Assembly: GCA_040182905.1 (NCBI GenBank)
Contig: JARQWU010000008.1
Location: forward strand, 49,896-69,895
Origin: Barthelona sp. PAP020
Taxonomy: Eukaryota
Direction of reading: 5' to 3'
Length of the DNA stretch: 20,000 bases
Every line of letters begins with the position of its first letter. Position 1 is the first letter of the stretch. The translations under genes and the position numbers were made by a program. The notes beneath the pieces were generated by a model. The model did no database searches, had not been told where the DNA came from, and saw nothing but the letters and a program-made list of their open reading frames with translations. Positions 1 to 12,000 of this stretch are shown here, in pieces.

Positions 1-3000
1 TGGCGAGATAATGTTAAATTTTCAAAAGAACAATTTGAAAGAAAAAATTTTTCCAATTTTACTCAAAATCAAGATTCAATACATATTTCTGTTGATATTT
101 TATCAATATATTCGCTTATTGGTTATTTTGAAGTTATTTTAGACGATGATAGTCATCATATTATTATACCCAAGCATTTTTCAATTGTTAAGGATCGTTT
201 TCATAATGCTTTTATGTTTTGTTCTGTTAATAAATCAAAATTCGGTTTTATTAACTTCGAATCAATCCAGTTTCCACTTTATGTCCCATTTTCCTTTAAT
301 GAAGTAAATTGCAGTGATTGTGTGCAATGCACAAAATATTTTAATAATAGTGCAATTTTGTATTTACAAAGTAGATCATCAAGACACGGAACTTTAAAAA
401 TTGATGGAAAGAATTACAAATTTTCCAAAACTTATGTTGAATTATTTTTTGACCTACCTCTTGATGTAATTCATTCTGAATTTATACTTCGCATTGATCG
501 AGAAGAATATCAGTATGAAATGTTTAAATTTAATGGTCAATGGATTTTTTTAGGTATTATTGCTCATTTATTGGATGAACAACCATGTTCTTGTGTCTTT
601 TACATTAAAACGATTGATTCTTTACAACAAATATCATATTCCATTTCAGAGAATTTTGATAGGTTCAATGAATATGATCAACAATGGAATTTGATTGACT
701 TTCAGACTTTGAAACAATTTTCTTTCAATGTACGTCCTATTCAGAAAGATGTTGATTGTTTGAGATTAATTTTTAAAGATGAACCTACTTTCGTTGAACA
801 ACATGAACTATGTTGTACTGGGAATTTTCATGAAAACAGTATTGATAGCATGCGTATTACTGTTACTGTTCCTATTAGATATATTGGGTTTGGACGGTGG
901 GAAGCAGTTTTTGATTTGGAACATCCAAAAAAAGGAAAAATTTGGGATAATTTGTTATTGCATATTGAAGATAAAACATCAGGGAAAACTATCACTTCAA
1001 ATACATTTACTTATCTTGACTGTAGACAAATAAATCAGTTAATATTCCCTTATTCTACAAAACAACTGGTTAGATATGACTCTTTCAATGCAAGGTCAGA
1101 GGCAAAGGTATCTTTTCCGGCAAAGGATTTGTTCCGAAAAGAGGATAAACACTCAACAGAGAGTGAATCTTTTACTAAAAACAGTCAAGATTTCAAAAAT
1201 ACCGTTGATACTTTTCTTTCAAAAGTTAATTCTAAAGTTGATGCTTCTTTGAAAAATTCTTTTAGAATTCCTCAGTTTTCTTCAATTAAACCGTTGCCTA
1301 ATATGAGTAATGAAAGTATAATAGATTTTTGGAGAAAGTTTTGTTGTAATTGCAAACAATCAGACGAAATTCAACATTTATTAAAAAAGAATAAATATGT
1401 TTTAACTGATACTGCTGTAAAGAACTTGGATATTTTGTTAAAACTTGTTTCAAATCAATTACCAATACTCATTGAAGCAGATTCAGCGGCTGGTAAAAAT
1501 CGTGCAATTGAAGAAGTCTTTAATATCGTTAAATTGTATTTGAAATACGATTTCAAATTATTTCGATTTAATTTGAACTCTTCTATTACAAGCGAAGATA
1601 TTTTAGGGAAATTGAAAATCAAAAATGGAATTTGTCAATTTCAAACAGGTATTTTTGCACAGTGCTTTGAATATGGTCATTGGTTGATATTGGATGAATT
1701 GAATTTGGCTAGGAATGAAGTATTACAAGTTCTTCAGACATCTATTGATATGAAAGAAATCACTATCCCTTGCCATTCGAAAAATAGTTCAATTAGAACT
1801 GCCAAAATGCATCCTAATTTCAGATTATTTGCTACAATGAATCCTACTGCAGATATATTTACAGGAAAAAGACAACAATTAAATGAAGCTATTTTATCCA
1901 GATTTACTTGTTGTTCATTTGCATCTGAGAGTGATTTTAGAGAATTTATCAAACAATTATTTTGCTATACATTTCAAAAAGAATTGGATGATAAGAAATT
2001 GAAAATGAATAGAAGTATCATTACATGGATTGATGTTCTCTTTAATATTCATACACAAGCACTAAAGCAGTTTGATCGAAGATTGACTGTAACCATTCGT
2101 GAAGTTGTAAAATTTATCGACGGGTTTAAATGTATGCTTTTTGAACGCGAATCTCCAGTGAATATTTTCAAATATCTAGCAAACATCATTTATCAACTTA
2201 GAAATGTTGACATCATGTTTAATTTTGACAGCTATATTGATAGTTGCAAAATTCTTAACTTTACTTTTCCACAAGATAATAATAAATTATTAGTGTCTTC
2301 AAAAAAGAGTACAAATAAGACTTGCAGAGATATCAATTCATTTATCAAAAGATTTTGTTCCTTGTTCAATCGGAACAGTATCACTGGTAAAGATTACCAA
2401 AAAATTGGTTGCTTGTTTGATGATGCAATTATGGTATGTTCTTTCAGAAGAACAAAATTAGAAAGAAGCAAAAAAAATTCAAATCTTGAATCATTCAAGA
2501 AGAATTTTATCGAACGTTTCTCAAAAAGTCTTCCAATTCGTTTACGTTCTGATTCTAAAGAGGAAAAATCTATTAAAACGTATTTGGAGAAGTTATTTGA
2601 AGTAGTTGAATCCCAAATCAAGTTTCAATTTCCCGTACCGTTAATTGTACATTTAGACATTGATGTTCAGCAATATTCTCCAACCATATCTTCTTTAAAT
2701 TTGAGAATAGATATTATTAATCCAATTTTGAAAGCTTTGGATTTAGGATTTCATATTTGTGTTGCAGGACCTTCACTAAGTGGTAAATCTACAATTTTGC
2801 AATTGGTTTCAATTGCATATGGACAAAAATACAACAGTATGACTCTTTTTGAAGACTCAGATAAATATTCTTTGTTGGGAACATCCTCAATATCCAAGAA
2901 TGCTCAAGGGTCTTTTGGTATCAATTTTTCTCCAAGTCCTCTTTTACAAGCAGTTACAAGTGGATCCACTCATATTTTGGAGAATGTTGATCTTGCAGAA

Positions 3001-6000
3001 TCAACAGTTGTTGAACTGTTAAATAACTTGTTAGAAAAGAATGTTGTGACTTCCTCAGATGAAATGATATGGGAAGTTACAGAACATCCAAAAGGATTTG
3101 TTGAAATCAACAAAAACTTCAGATTTTGCTGCACAGCCACTTTGAATATTGAAGGAATTCCCAATTTATCTCTAGCTTTTTTAAATAGATTGTTGCTTGT
3201 CTGTATTGCAGAACCTGTGTTGGTAGAAGATTCAACATTAACTAAGGGAGCATTTGACATGATTAAACCCGTTTTATTTCATGGGTTTGCAATTCATTAT
3301 AAGATGGCAGAAGCTTTAGTTGGATTATCAATTCTTTTTGAAAATTGTAAGTCATTCAACCTTCGAATTTTTTTTGAATTTCTTCGATTGTTTTCAGCAA
3401 AAGTTAAAAGATCGTATGAGTTTTTACGAAAATTGCCAAAATCGAAGAAAAATTTGAATGAAGATTCAAAAAATATGTTTTTATCAGGTTTTTTGCTTGC
3501 ATTTAATGTTTTAGCTATTATTGAACCATCTGTACAAATAAAACTTACCAGACGGGAAAAATTTGGTGGGAATACTTTTGAAATTATTTTTAATCAAAAT
3601 TTCTATCACAGTCTTTTTAAATATAAGGTCAAAGCGTCTGTTGACAAAGATACGTTCGCAAGTCATAAAGAATATATGTTAAATAATTTAGGTGGGCAGG
3701 TTATTTCTGCAAAGGAAACATCCAAAAACAAAATTTTAGAACTTGAAATGACCCATGCGGAATTCAATAATGCGTGTCATATTACCAGAATACACCAAAG
3801 CCGTCATAATCATCGTTACCATCGCCATTATCATTCCCACTCTTTTGGCCATAATGATTTGATTTTATCTCGAGTCAAAATTTGTTTGGATGGTCAAAAA
3901 AAAATTAAGTATGAAATTGATGAACATGAAATTTCGTTAAATAACCAATTTCAAAGATATTTAGGTGAATATCAAAATTGCTTTAAACCATCAAAATTTT
4001 CATCTTTTGTTGTTGACGATCGTGTTAAATCTCAATATAAATTGCTAGAAGACATCACACAAGCTTTACATATGGGTTTGCATGTCTTAATTACTGGAAG
4101 TTCGTCAACGGGAAAAACTGCAATAATTTCGCATATAGCCAATACCAGAAAATGTTCATCTGAAACTCGAAAGTTGGAAATTGTCAATTGTTCGGATTCT
4201 ACATCTGTTGAAAGCTTTTTTGGGGCTCCTTCCATTACAGGCGAATTTATTGATGGTCCTTTAACACGTGCTATTGTCAATGGTAATATGTTTTTGGCTG
4301 ATGAATTGAATCTCATTTCTTCATACATATATTCAGCATTGACTCCAGTATTCACCAATATGGATATTGTTCAAATTCCTGGAAGACCAAAGCCAGTTAT
4401 TATTCACAAAGATTTTGCATTTGTTGCCACACAAAATGATACTAATACCAGAGGTAGAAGAGTTTTGCCATCACATTTCGTTTCAAGAATGTGCATTGTA
4501 TATTCCAAACCTTTACTTTCCCAAGATTGTCAAATCATTTTGGATAATGTTAATCAGATAAATACTAATGCTTGGGGTGATTGTCTGAGGATTTACTATG
4601 AACATTTTCAAAAAGTTTGCACAAAAGTTCCGTTTAGAAAGCAATTAACGTTGAGGGACTTACTGAAACTTCAAAAAAGGCTTCTTAATTTCATTGAATC
4701 AACCAATAAAACATCTGATGGTTTCATTGATGAACACCTTATTATTTTGGAGTATTTCTATTGTATGTGTGATGACAAAAAAGAATTTTGCCTTTATTTT
4801 AAGAATCTTCCTGAATGTTCTCATGTGATCAGTGTCTTCGATGCAAAATGGAACATTAGATACAATGAAGTTGAAGAGACTTGTGAAATTATTTCTGACT
4901 CAAAAGATGGTGAATTTTGTTTGAGTTTCTCTTGCGCAAATTATCATTCAAATGAAACTTTTTGGAACAATCTTCCTCAAGATTGTTATCTTTTGTTGAG
5001 ACAGTTAATATATTCGACAAAAATTGACGAAAATCGAGGAGAATTTACAGAATCAATTCTTTGCATTGGAGATTCAATCGCCATTGACGTTATTCATAAA
5101 TTTGAAGAAGCATGTGGTAATGTTTTTGTTACAAAAAAATTTAATTCACAGACAAGTGTTGAAGATTTCATTGGATCATATTCTATAAGAAAAACTGATG
5201 CCTTGTCCATACAGCAATTGATTGAACAGTTACTCATTGATTTATCTGAAATGCTAAATGTATTTGCAACCAGAAACTTGTCAATAAGTGATGATTTGGA
5301 TAATTTAAGAAGTGAATATGAAGGATTCGTTTTGAAGGGAGATTATTCGGAGGATTCCTTGAACAAACTTTCGCAAACTTTGAAAAACTTAATAAATTGG
5401 AAGATTTCTGTTAATTACAATATCATAAGTCAACAGATTTCACGGATTGTTGATGTGATAGATCATCTCAATGATGAAAATATTTGGGTACATTTTCAGC
5501 CAACTTTTGTTGTTAATTCTATTTTGAAGGCAAATAGTTTTCTATTAGATTCCATTGATCGATGTTCTCCAGCAGTACTTGAGCGTTTAAATTCTCTTTT
5601 TGATATTAACCCATCTTTTGATGTAGCGGAGATCAATAAAGATAATGAAATATCAGTAGCACCGTTTATTTTAAGATGTGCTTTTGTTAATATGGATAAA
5701 TCCAAGCAATTACAATTATCCTCAGCATTTTTGTCTAGAGTGACCACAATTAATATTCAGGGTTATTCAAAGGACCATTTATTGTTAACTCTCCATAAAC
5801 AACATGATTGGCTTGATTTTGGTTGGATGAAACAGTTTGTTAGGGGAATAAACTCTTTAAACTTTGATATAAAATATGAAGAATTAAAAAAAATATTAGA
5901 TATGGCAATATCTTTGACTTATCCTGTTACAACTTGGTCAATACAATTCAGAATTGTTTATTCTTTTGTTTTAAAGTTTTCTATATATTTTAATTCTTTT

Positions 6001-9000
6001 GAACAATGTGTAAATCGTTGCAAAGAAGCTTTTGATCATTCTTTAGATAATGAAGAAAAACAACAGTTGAAGAGTTTGATTTATGATGTCAATAACAAAG
6101 TCAAAAACAATTCTGTTTTTGAAATTGATTCTATCAATGGTGTTGCAAACATTGTTTATAATAATTACACTTGGATAAGTCATCATTTTGATGTTTTGAA
6201 TGATGACGTACCAACAGATTCAAATGTTGGATTGTTGCCATTGTCTAGTACCAAATTTGCAATGCTAATGTGTCTTACTTGTTTAAAAATAAAGCAACCT
6301 TTGTTGTTTGTTGGTGTTCCAGGTATATCTAAAACTACAGCTGTTGTTACTATGGCTAGAATGTTAGATTATAAGTTGCTGAAAGTAAATCTAAATTATA
6401 ATACCACCATAGAAGAGCTGTTTGGTAGAATTATTCCAAAAACCAATTTGGATGGTACATATTCATTTGAATTCAATCCTGGACCAGTGTATCAAGCATT
6501 TCAAGATATTGTTGGGGGTATTGGTAACACTATTTTGTTATTTGATGAATTAAATCTTTGCAGTCACGAAGTTTTGGAAAGCTTGATACCTGTTTTTGAT
6601 TTAGCAGCGAAAGGCAAAGGTGTTTTAAGATTTGGTTCTTATACACTTGAAGTTGAAGGTTTTGTACCTATATTTGCAACTATGAACCCATCTTCAATGA
6701 CACAAAACAGGTCTAACTTGCCCTATGATTTAGAAAAACTGATTATTATTCAAAAGTTGGAGGAATTTAAGAAAGAAGATTTTGAGTTGGCCATTGATTA
6801 TTTTTGGAGACCAATTTTACCATTAAAGCAATTTGAATATGCAAAAAGTTTTCATTTATATTGTATTGAGGTTATCAAAACCAAAAATTTAACATCAATT
6901 ATCATTGGATTGAGAGAAATTTTGAAATTTTGGAAATTAACTCAGAACATTCCAAAAATATCTAAAACTTTGATTACAATAAAACGAGCATTATCATTGG
7001 TATACTTATCATGTTTCAATTCTGAGCCTCAATTGAAAAGAAGGCTCATGCAAAAATTGAACATCGAAAATTCAAAGAAATCAGTTGAAATATTTCTAAT
7101 ACACAATGATAAGCAAGTTGTTATTAATGATTTAATCATAGACAGGACCAATCATGGTTCATATTGTGGTGATGAAATCTTTGAACATCCAGTTTTCAAT
7201 GAACAATTGTTTACTTTAGCTTTGGCTTATTTTACAAGAAGAGGCATTTTATTGGAAGGAACACCTTCTTGTGGAAAAACTACATTGGTAAAATATTTTT
7301 CTAAACTATGTGGATGCAAATTGTTAATCTTTAATGTTAATGAAGATACAACTGCTAGTGCTTTAGTTGGACAATATTATCCAAATATTGAGTTACAATT
7401 TAATAAAGCTTCATCTGGTCTTATTAGAGAGTTGAATAATTGTTCTTTTAAAGATGAAGAAAAGCAATTGAAAAACTGTTTGTTGGAATTCGTCAGTAAT
7501 TTTGAATTTTTTTGCGATTTAATACAAATAAATGATAAAAATCAACGAGGTTATTATGATTTGATTAAATTTGTTAAAGAAAAGAAAAGTTTGCGAAAAT
7601 TCCACGAAAATTTACGAAAACTTTTGTCAAAAGTTGAAAACAATATAGAATTCACTTTTATCTTTTCTGAATTAGTTTTTGCTTTACAAAATGGTTATTT
7701 TATTTTAGTGGAGAATATTAATAGTGCTTCAACTGATCTTATCGAAAGATTCAATTCTCTTTTGGAAGCAAATTCCGAATTGATTATTTTTGAAAAAACT
7801 CCACCAGTGACTTTGTCTATTTCTGCTAACAAAGATTTGAATAAATCAAAAAAACTTCAAAACTCTTCAGAATTACAAACTGGAACTTACAAAATCCATG
7901 AAAAGTCAAGAATTTTCTTCACTAATACTTTATATGATGATAAAAAGGCACAAAGTGGTCTATCACCAGCATTTCTTTCAAGAATTATTTCTTTGCCAAT
8001 TGACGGAATTGAAAAAAGTTCAACAACTATTAAATTGTCGGAAAGTATATTTAGATGTTTTGAATCAATGATAAATAACCAAAATTTGAATTTTGAAGAA
8101 GAGACGATTGATAAATTAAGTTGTTGTTTGGAAAAAAGTTATAAAGAAATTATTGAAAAATTTGAAAAGGATGAATATTTTGTTGGAGATAAAAAACCTA
8201 CAATTAGGGTGTTGTATCGAATTATTAAAGAGATAAAAACATATTTATTTTTGAAAGGTCAAAAAGAATTGCTTAAAAGTGCTGAAAAAATATTTGTTTT
8301 CCATTATCATTGTCTTTTTAAATATAAATACAAAGAAGCTTTCAAAAAAATTTGTCCAGATTTCAAATTTCGAAATGTTCGTGGAAATAATTATTCTTCC
8401 AATAAAAATTTATTAAATTTGTTTCAAAAACTATTTGACAGGAAATTTAAAAGTTTTTTTGAGGAATTTTTGAAAATTCAAGTGGATCAAATTTTTTCAT
8501 TGCATATAATGAATAAATATGAAGTTTTGGCAAATAATTATTTTGAAAACAATGAAAACTTTTCAATTGTTGAAATATTTAATTGTTTCAAAGAATTCAT
8601 TAATATTTTTAAAAGAGAACATCAATTTAAAAAGAGTGATTCAAAAATTCAAGACATTATTCTGGAAGAAAGTGATGAAACTTTTTATTGTTTTGAAAAA
8701 TTGTCAAATAAAGTGTATTTGTTTCATTTTTGGAATAATGATGTTGATTGGTATAATATTATTAAAACGAATTTTGAACGTACTTTTGGAAATGTTTTAA
8801 GTTTTATTCTATTAAACTTATGTAATTCAATTAATGATGATCTTCATGATATTATTCGAGATTTAAATGGTGTTAGAAAATTCTATACTGACTGCCATGG
8901 TATGTCGATTGAAGAAATGGCACATCTCATTCTTGAACATTATGAAACAGTTAACCAATTCGTTGAATATTGTTCCAACAATAATTATGATGATGATGAT

Positions 9001-12000
9001 GAGGTTACTGTGTCTCAAGAAAATATTGACTTCTTATTAGAAGACATTTCTCAATTGAAAGAGGAAATTGACGATAGTTATCGACAAAAATTATTTGAGG
9101 ACCGGGCAAAATTGATAGGTGAAATTAAAAAGAACATTCAGACAAAATTGATGAATATGGACATCAATTCATTCACGTTGTGGTATAAACACTCAAAAAA
9201 ATTGAATGAATATGATGAAACTGAATTATTGAGTCTTTTTCAACAAATAGTTTCTTTTCAATGTGAAACAGCGGATCGAAAGTCAAATATCACCTTTCTT
9301 TGTGAAAATTTGGATTTTTATTCATCTAATGTGAAAAATAGAGATCAACATGGGCAAAATAGGTTACAATCGATCATTTACCTGTCTTTTTTCAAGCATT
9401 TTTTTGATATTCTTATCAAAAAGTATTGGATACCTTCTGTTTCCTCAAAATATTATGATTTATTTATTTATTTAGGGATTCAATGTGAGATGATTGATTT
9501 ATATTCGTCAGAAATTGATTTGAAATCTATTTCTGATTCTTTAAAAAAAAAAATATCCACAAAATTGAAGAAATCTGAAGAAATATTGAATAGTCTTCTT
9601 TCTACCAATTTTGAACAACTTGATGAGATTGAATCTTTGCTAAATACTCTTCAAAGCCATTTGATAAAACATGGGTTACCTTTCTTAAAGTATAATCAAT
9701 TGTTAATATTTGCTAAAAATGATCATTTAGGTGATTTTGATGATGTTAAAGTGATTCAAATATTTGAACTTGTTCAAAATGGAAATAAGACAGATTTAAG
9801 CATGTTAACCAAATTAAATTGCAAATTCATTAAAGTTCTTGTGAATATTAATGGTTTAAAAGATGGTTTCAAACCATATGAATGGATTTGTTTGGATAAA
9901 CGATTTTTAAAACTATTTTTGACACCTTTAATTTTGCAACATTTGACACATGAACCAACATCTATTTCATGTCCAATCTTTCTAAATTGTTGTTCTTTTA
10001 ATCAATTGCAACATTCTTGTGACGATTTGAAACAATATATTGGGTTTAACATTTCCCAATACGTTCATCTTTCGTTTGATTTTTGGTTTGAAGGAATATT
10101 CAATCAATATCATGAAGAGCAGGTGAAGGAAGGTTTAATCACTACTTCTTATGACCTTGAAATGTTGTTGATATGTTTACAAAATTTGCTGAATGAGTTC
10201 CGATCGACAAAGGATTCAAATAAGCGAAATTTGTATGGCAATAACCATAAATCGAATACGAAAATAATGAGTGATGATGATTTGTTAAAATTTCCTTTAA
10301 TTATAAGGATTTGCAAAGGAATTGATGATTGTTTGAAGAATAATGGTAAATTTGATTCTTTTGAAAAAGTTTTTGAAATTTTATCCAAAGAAAGCTTATT
10401 TAAAGATTTCAATTTGTTCATCAACTCTCATATTGATAATTTGAGACAAAAAATAGATTTACTTCAAAAAGAGAAAGAAAGTCAACAAGAAAAACTTTCA
10501 TTAATGAAAGATGATGTGCTTTCAAAGTTTAGCCAATGGTATAATGAAGAATATTATCCCAAAGCAGTAAAGTCTATATTGGAAGAAAACAAAAAGAAAG
10601 TGAATCAAATTTTCACAATGGCATTTGATGCATCGCATATTGATCATAGAAGAATTGCTTTTGAACTCATATATCAAGAGGACAAACAAGAATTTTATAA
10701 AGAATATTTAAGAGACTGTTTTTGGTATAATATCACTTGCTTTATTGTTAGCAACCGAATTTTTAAAGATTTAATTGGTTCAACTGCATTAAATTCATCA
10801 AGCTCAAAAGCTAAAAAGAAAACCAAAAAAAAGCTTCAAATTTTCGTAAAATCGCCTTTTTTTGATAATCGCATAGGTCCCATTGGTTATAACCAAGATA
10901 ATTTTAATCCGATATTTTTGTTTGAAAATGAAGAAATTATTGTGAAACAGATTGAAAATACCAAAAATAATCAAAAAACTAAAAAATATAATGAAGATTC
11001 AGGTAAAGAAGAAATCAATATTGCCCATGTTATTTTTAAAGATGGAAGATTGTTTGATAAAAAGAATGATGAAAATTTTGATAGATATCATGAAATTGAT
11101 GCAAAAAATGACTTGGAAGGATTGAAAGTGTATGAATATCCATTTAAACAAAGTGTATTAAATGCTAGTGACAATATTTTGAAGTCTCAAAAGCTCAAAC
11201 TTTTCAACAATTGGTTTAAAAGAAAACAAGACACATATGTTGTTGAAAAAGATGAATTTCATGTTTTGAATCTATTTATCAATTATTTTCAAGAAGTTAA
11301 AGAAGAAAGGAATGCACCTTTCAACAAGGACCAGTTAACAAAGTTTAAGACAATTGATTCCATTGAAACTCAAGAATCTTTTGGAATTGATAAGGAAAGT
11401 TTAGACAATGAGTTCAACAAGAATAAATCTTGTAATTTGGAGGCTAAACTAAAAATATTTTTTGTGAATGAAGATGATAAAGTAAAAGAGTATGTAAACA
11501 CCATTAAAGATTGTTGTTCAAACATTACCAAACATAATAATAAGATAAATCAGTGTAATAACATGTTGAATGAAATTTCAGATATTCGGGGTCAATTTCA
11601 AAATGGTTGTCAAAAGTTAAATATTTCAAAGTTGAATTCTCAATGTTTTTCTTTTGAAGTTAAAGTGTATTTAAAGTTGTTAGATGTGTGTATATTTGGA
11701 AAAGAAGCTATTTCAGCTCAAATTCCAAAAGATTCGTTCAAATATATGATGCAAAATTTTAATAAAATGAAAGAAAAACTAATCTACATCAATTCAAAGA
11801 ATCAATTTGTTCAACGTAATTTTAAACTGGATTTGGGACATTTTTCAAAGTACATGATAGGTGACACATTATCAATCAGTATTCCTTTTATCTATTTAGG
11901 TTCAGATTCTTGGTTAAGAATCAAATGTGATGATCAAAACAAAATTCAATGTTTAAAACCAGGTTCTGGGCACATAGAATGTGATTTTGATGTTGATGAT

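Noticed and set aside
310..330. CSDCVQC (CxxCxxC) as a possible Fe-S or Zn motif
   Set aside because: It lacks the fourth Cys-Pro of ferredoxin motifs and does not fit radical SAM spacing (CxxxCxxC). The protein is Cys-rich throughout.
1396..8330. Dynein heavy chain or RNF213 identity for the six-AAA ring
   Set aside because: No dynein coiled-coil stalk after AAA4 and no RING/E3 module are seen. The module motifs (DELNL, FATxNP, LERLNSL) and the vWA tail are midasin-like.
9540..9553. T TTA AAA slippery heptamer with an 11-A run as a -1 frameshift site
   Set aside because: The main frame continues uninterrupted, no downstream stimulatory structure or long alternative ORF is evident, and such runs are common at this AT content.
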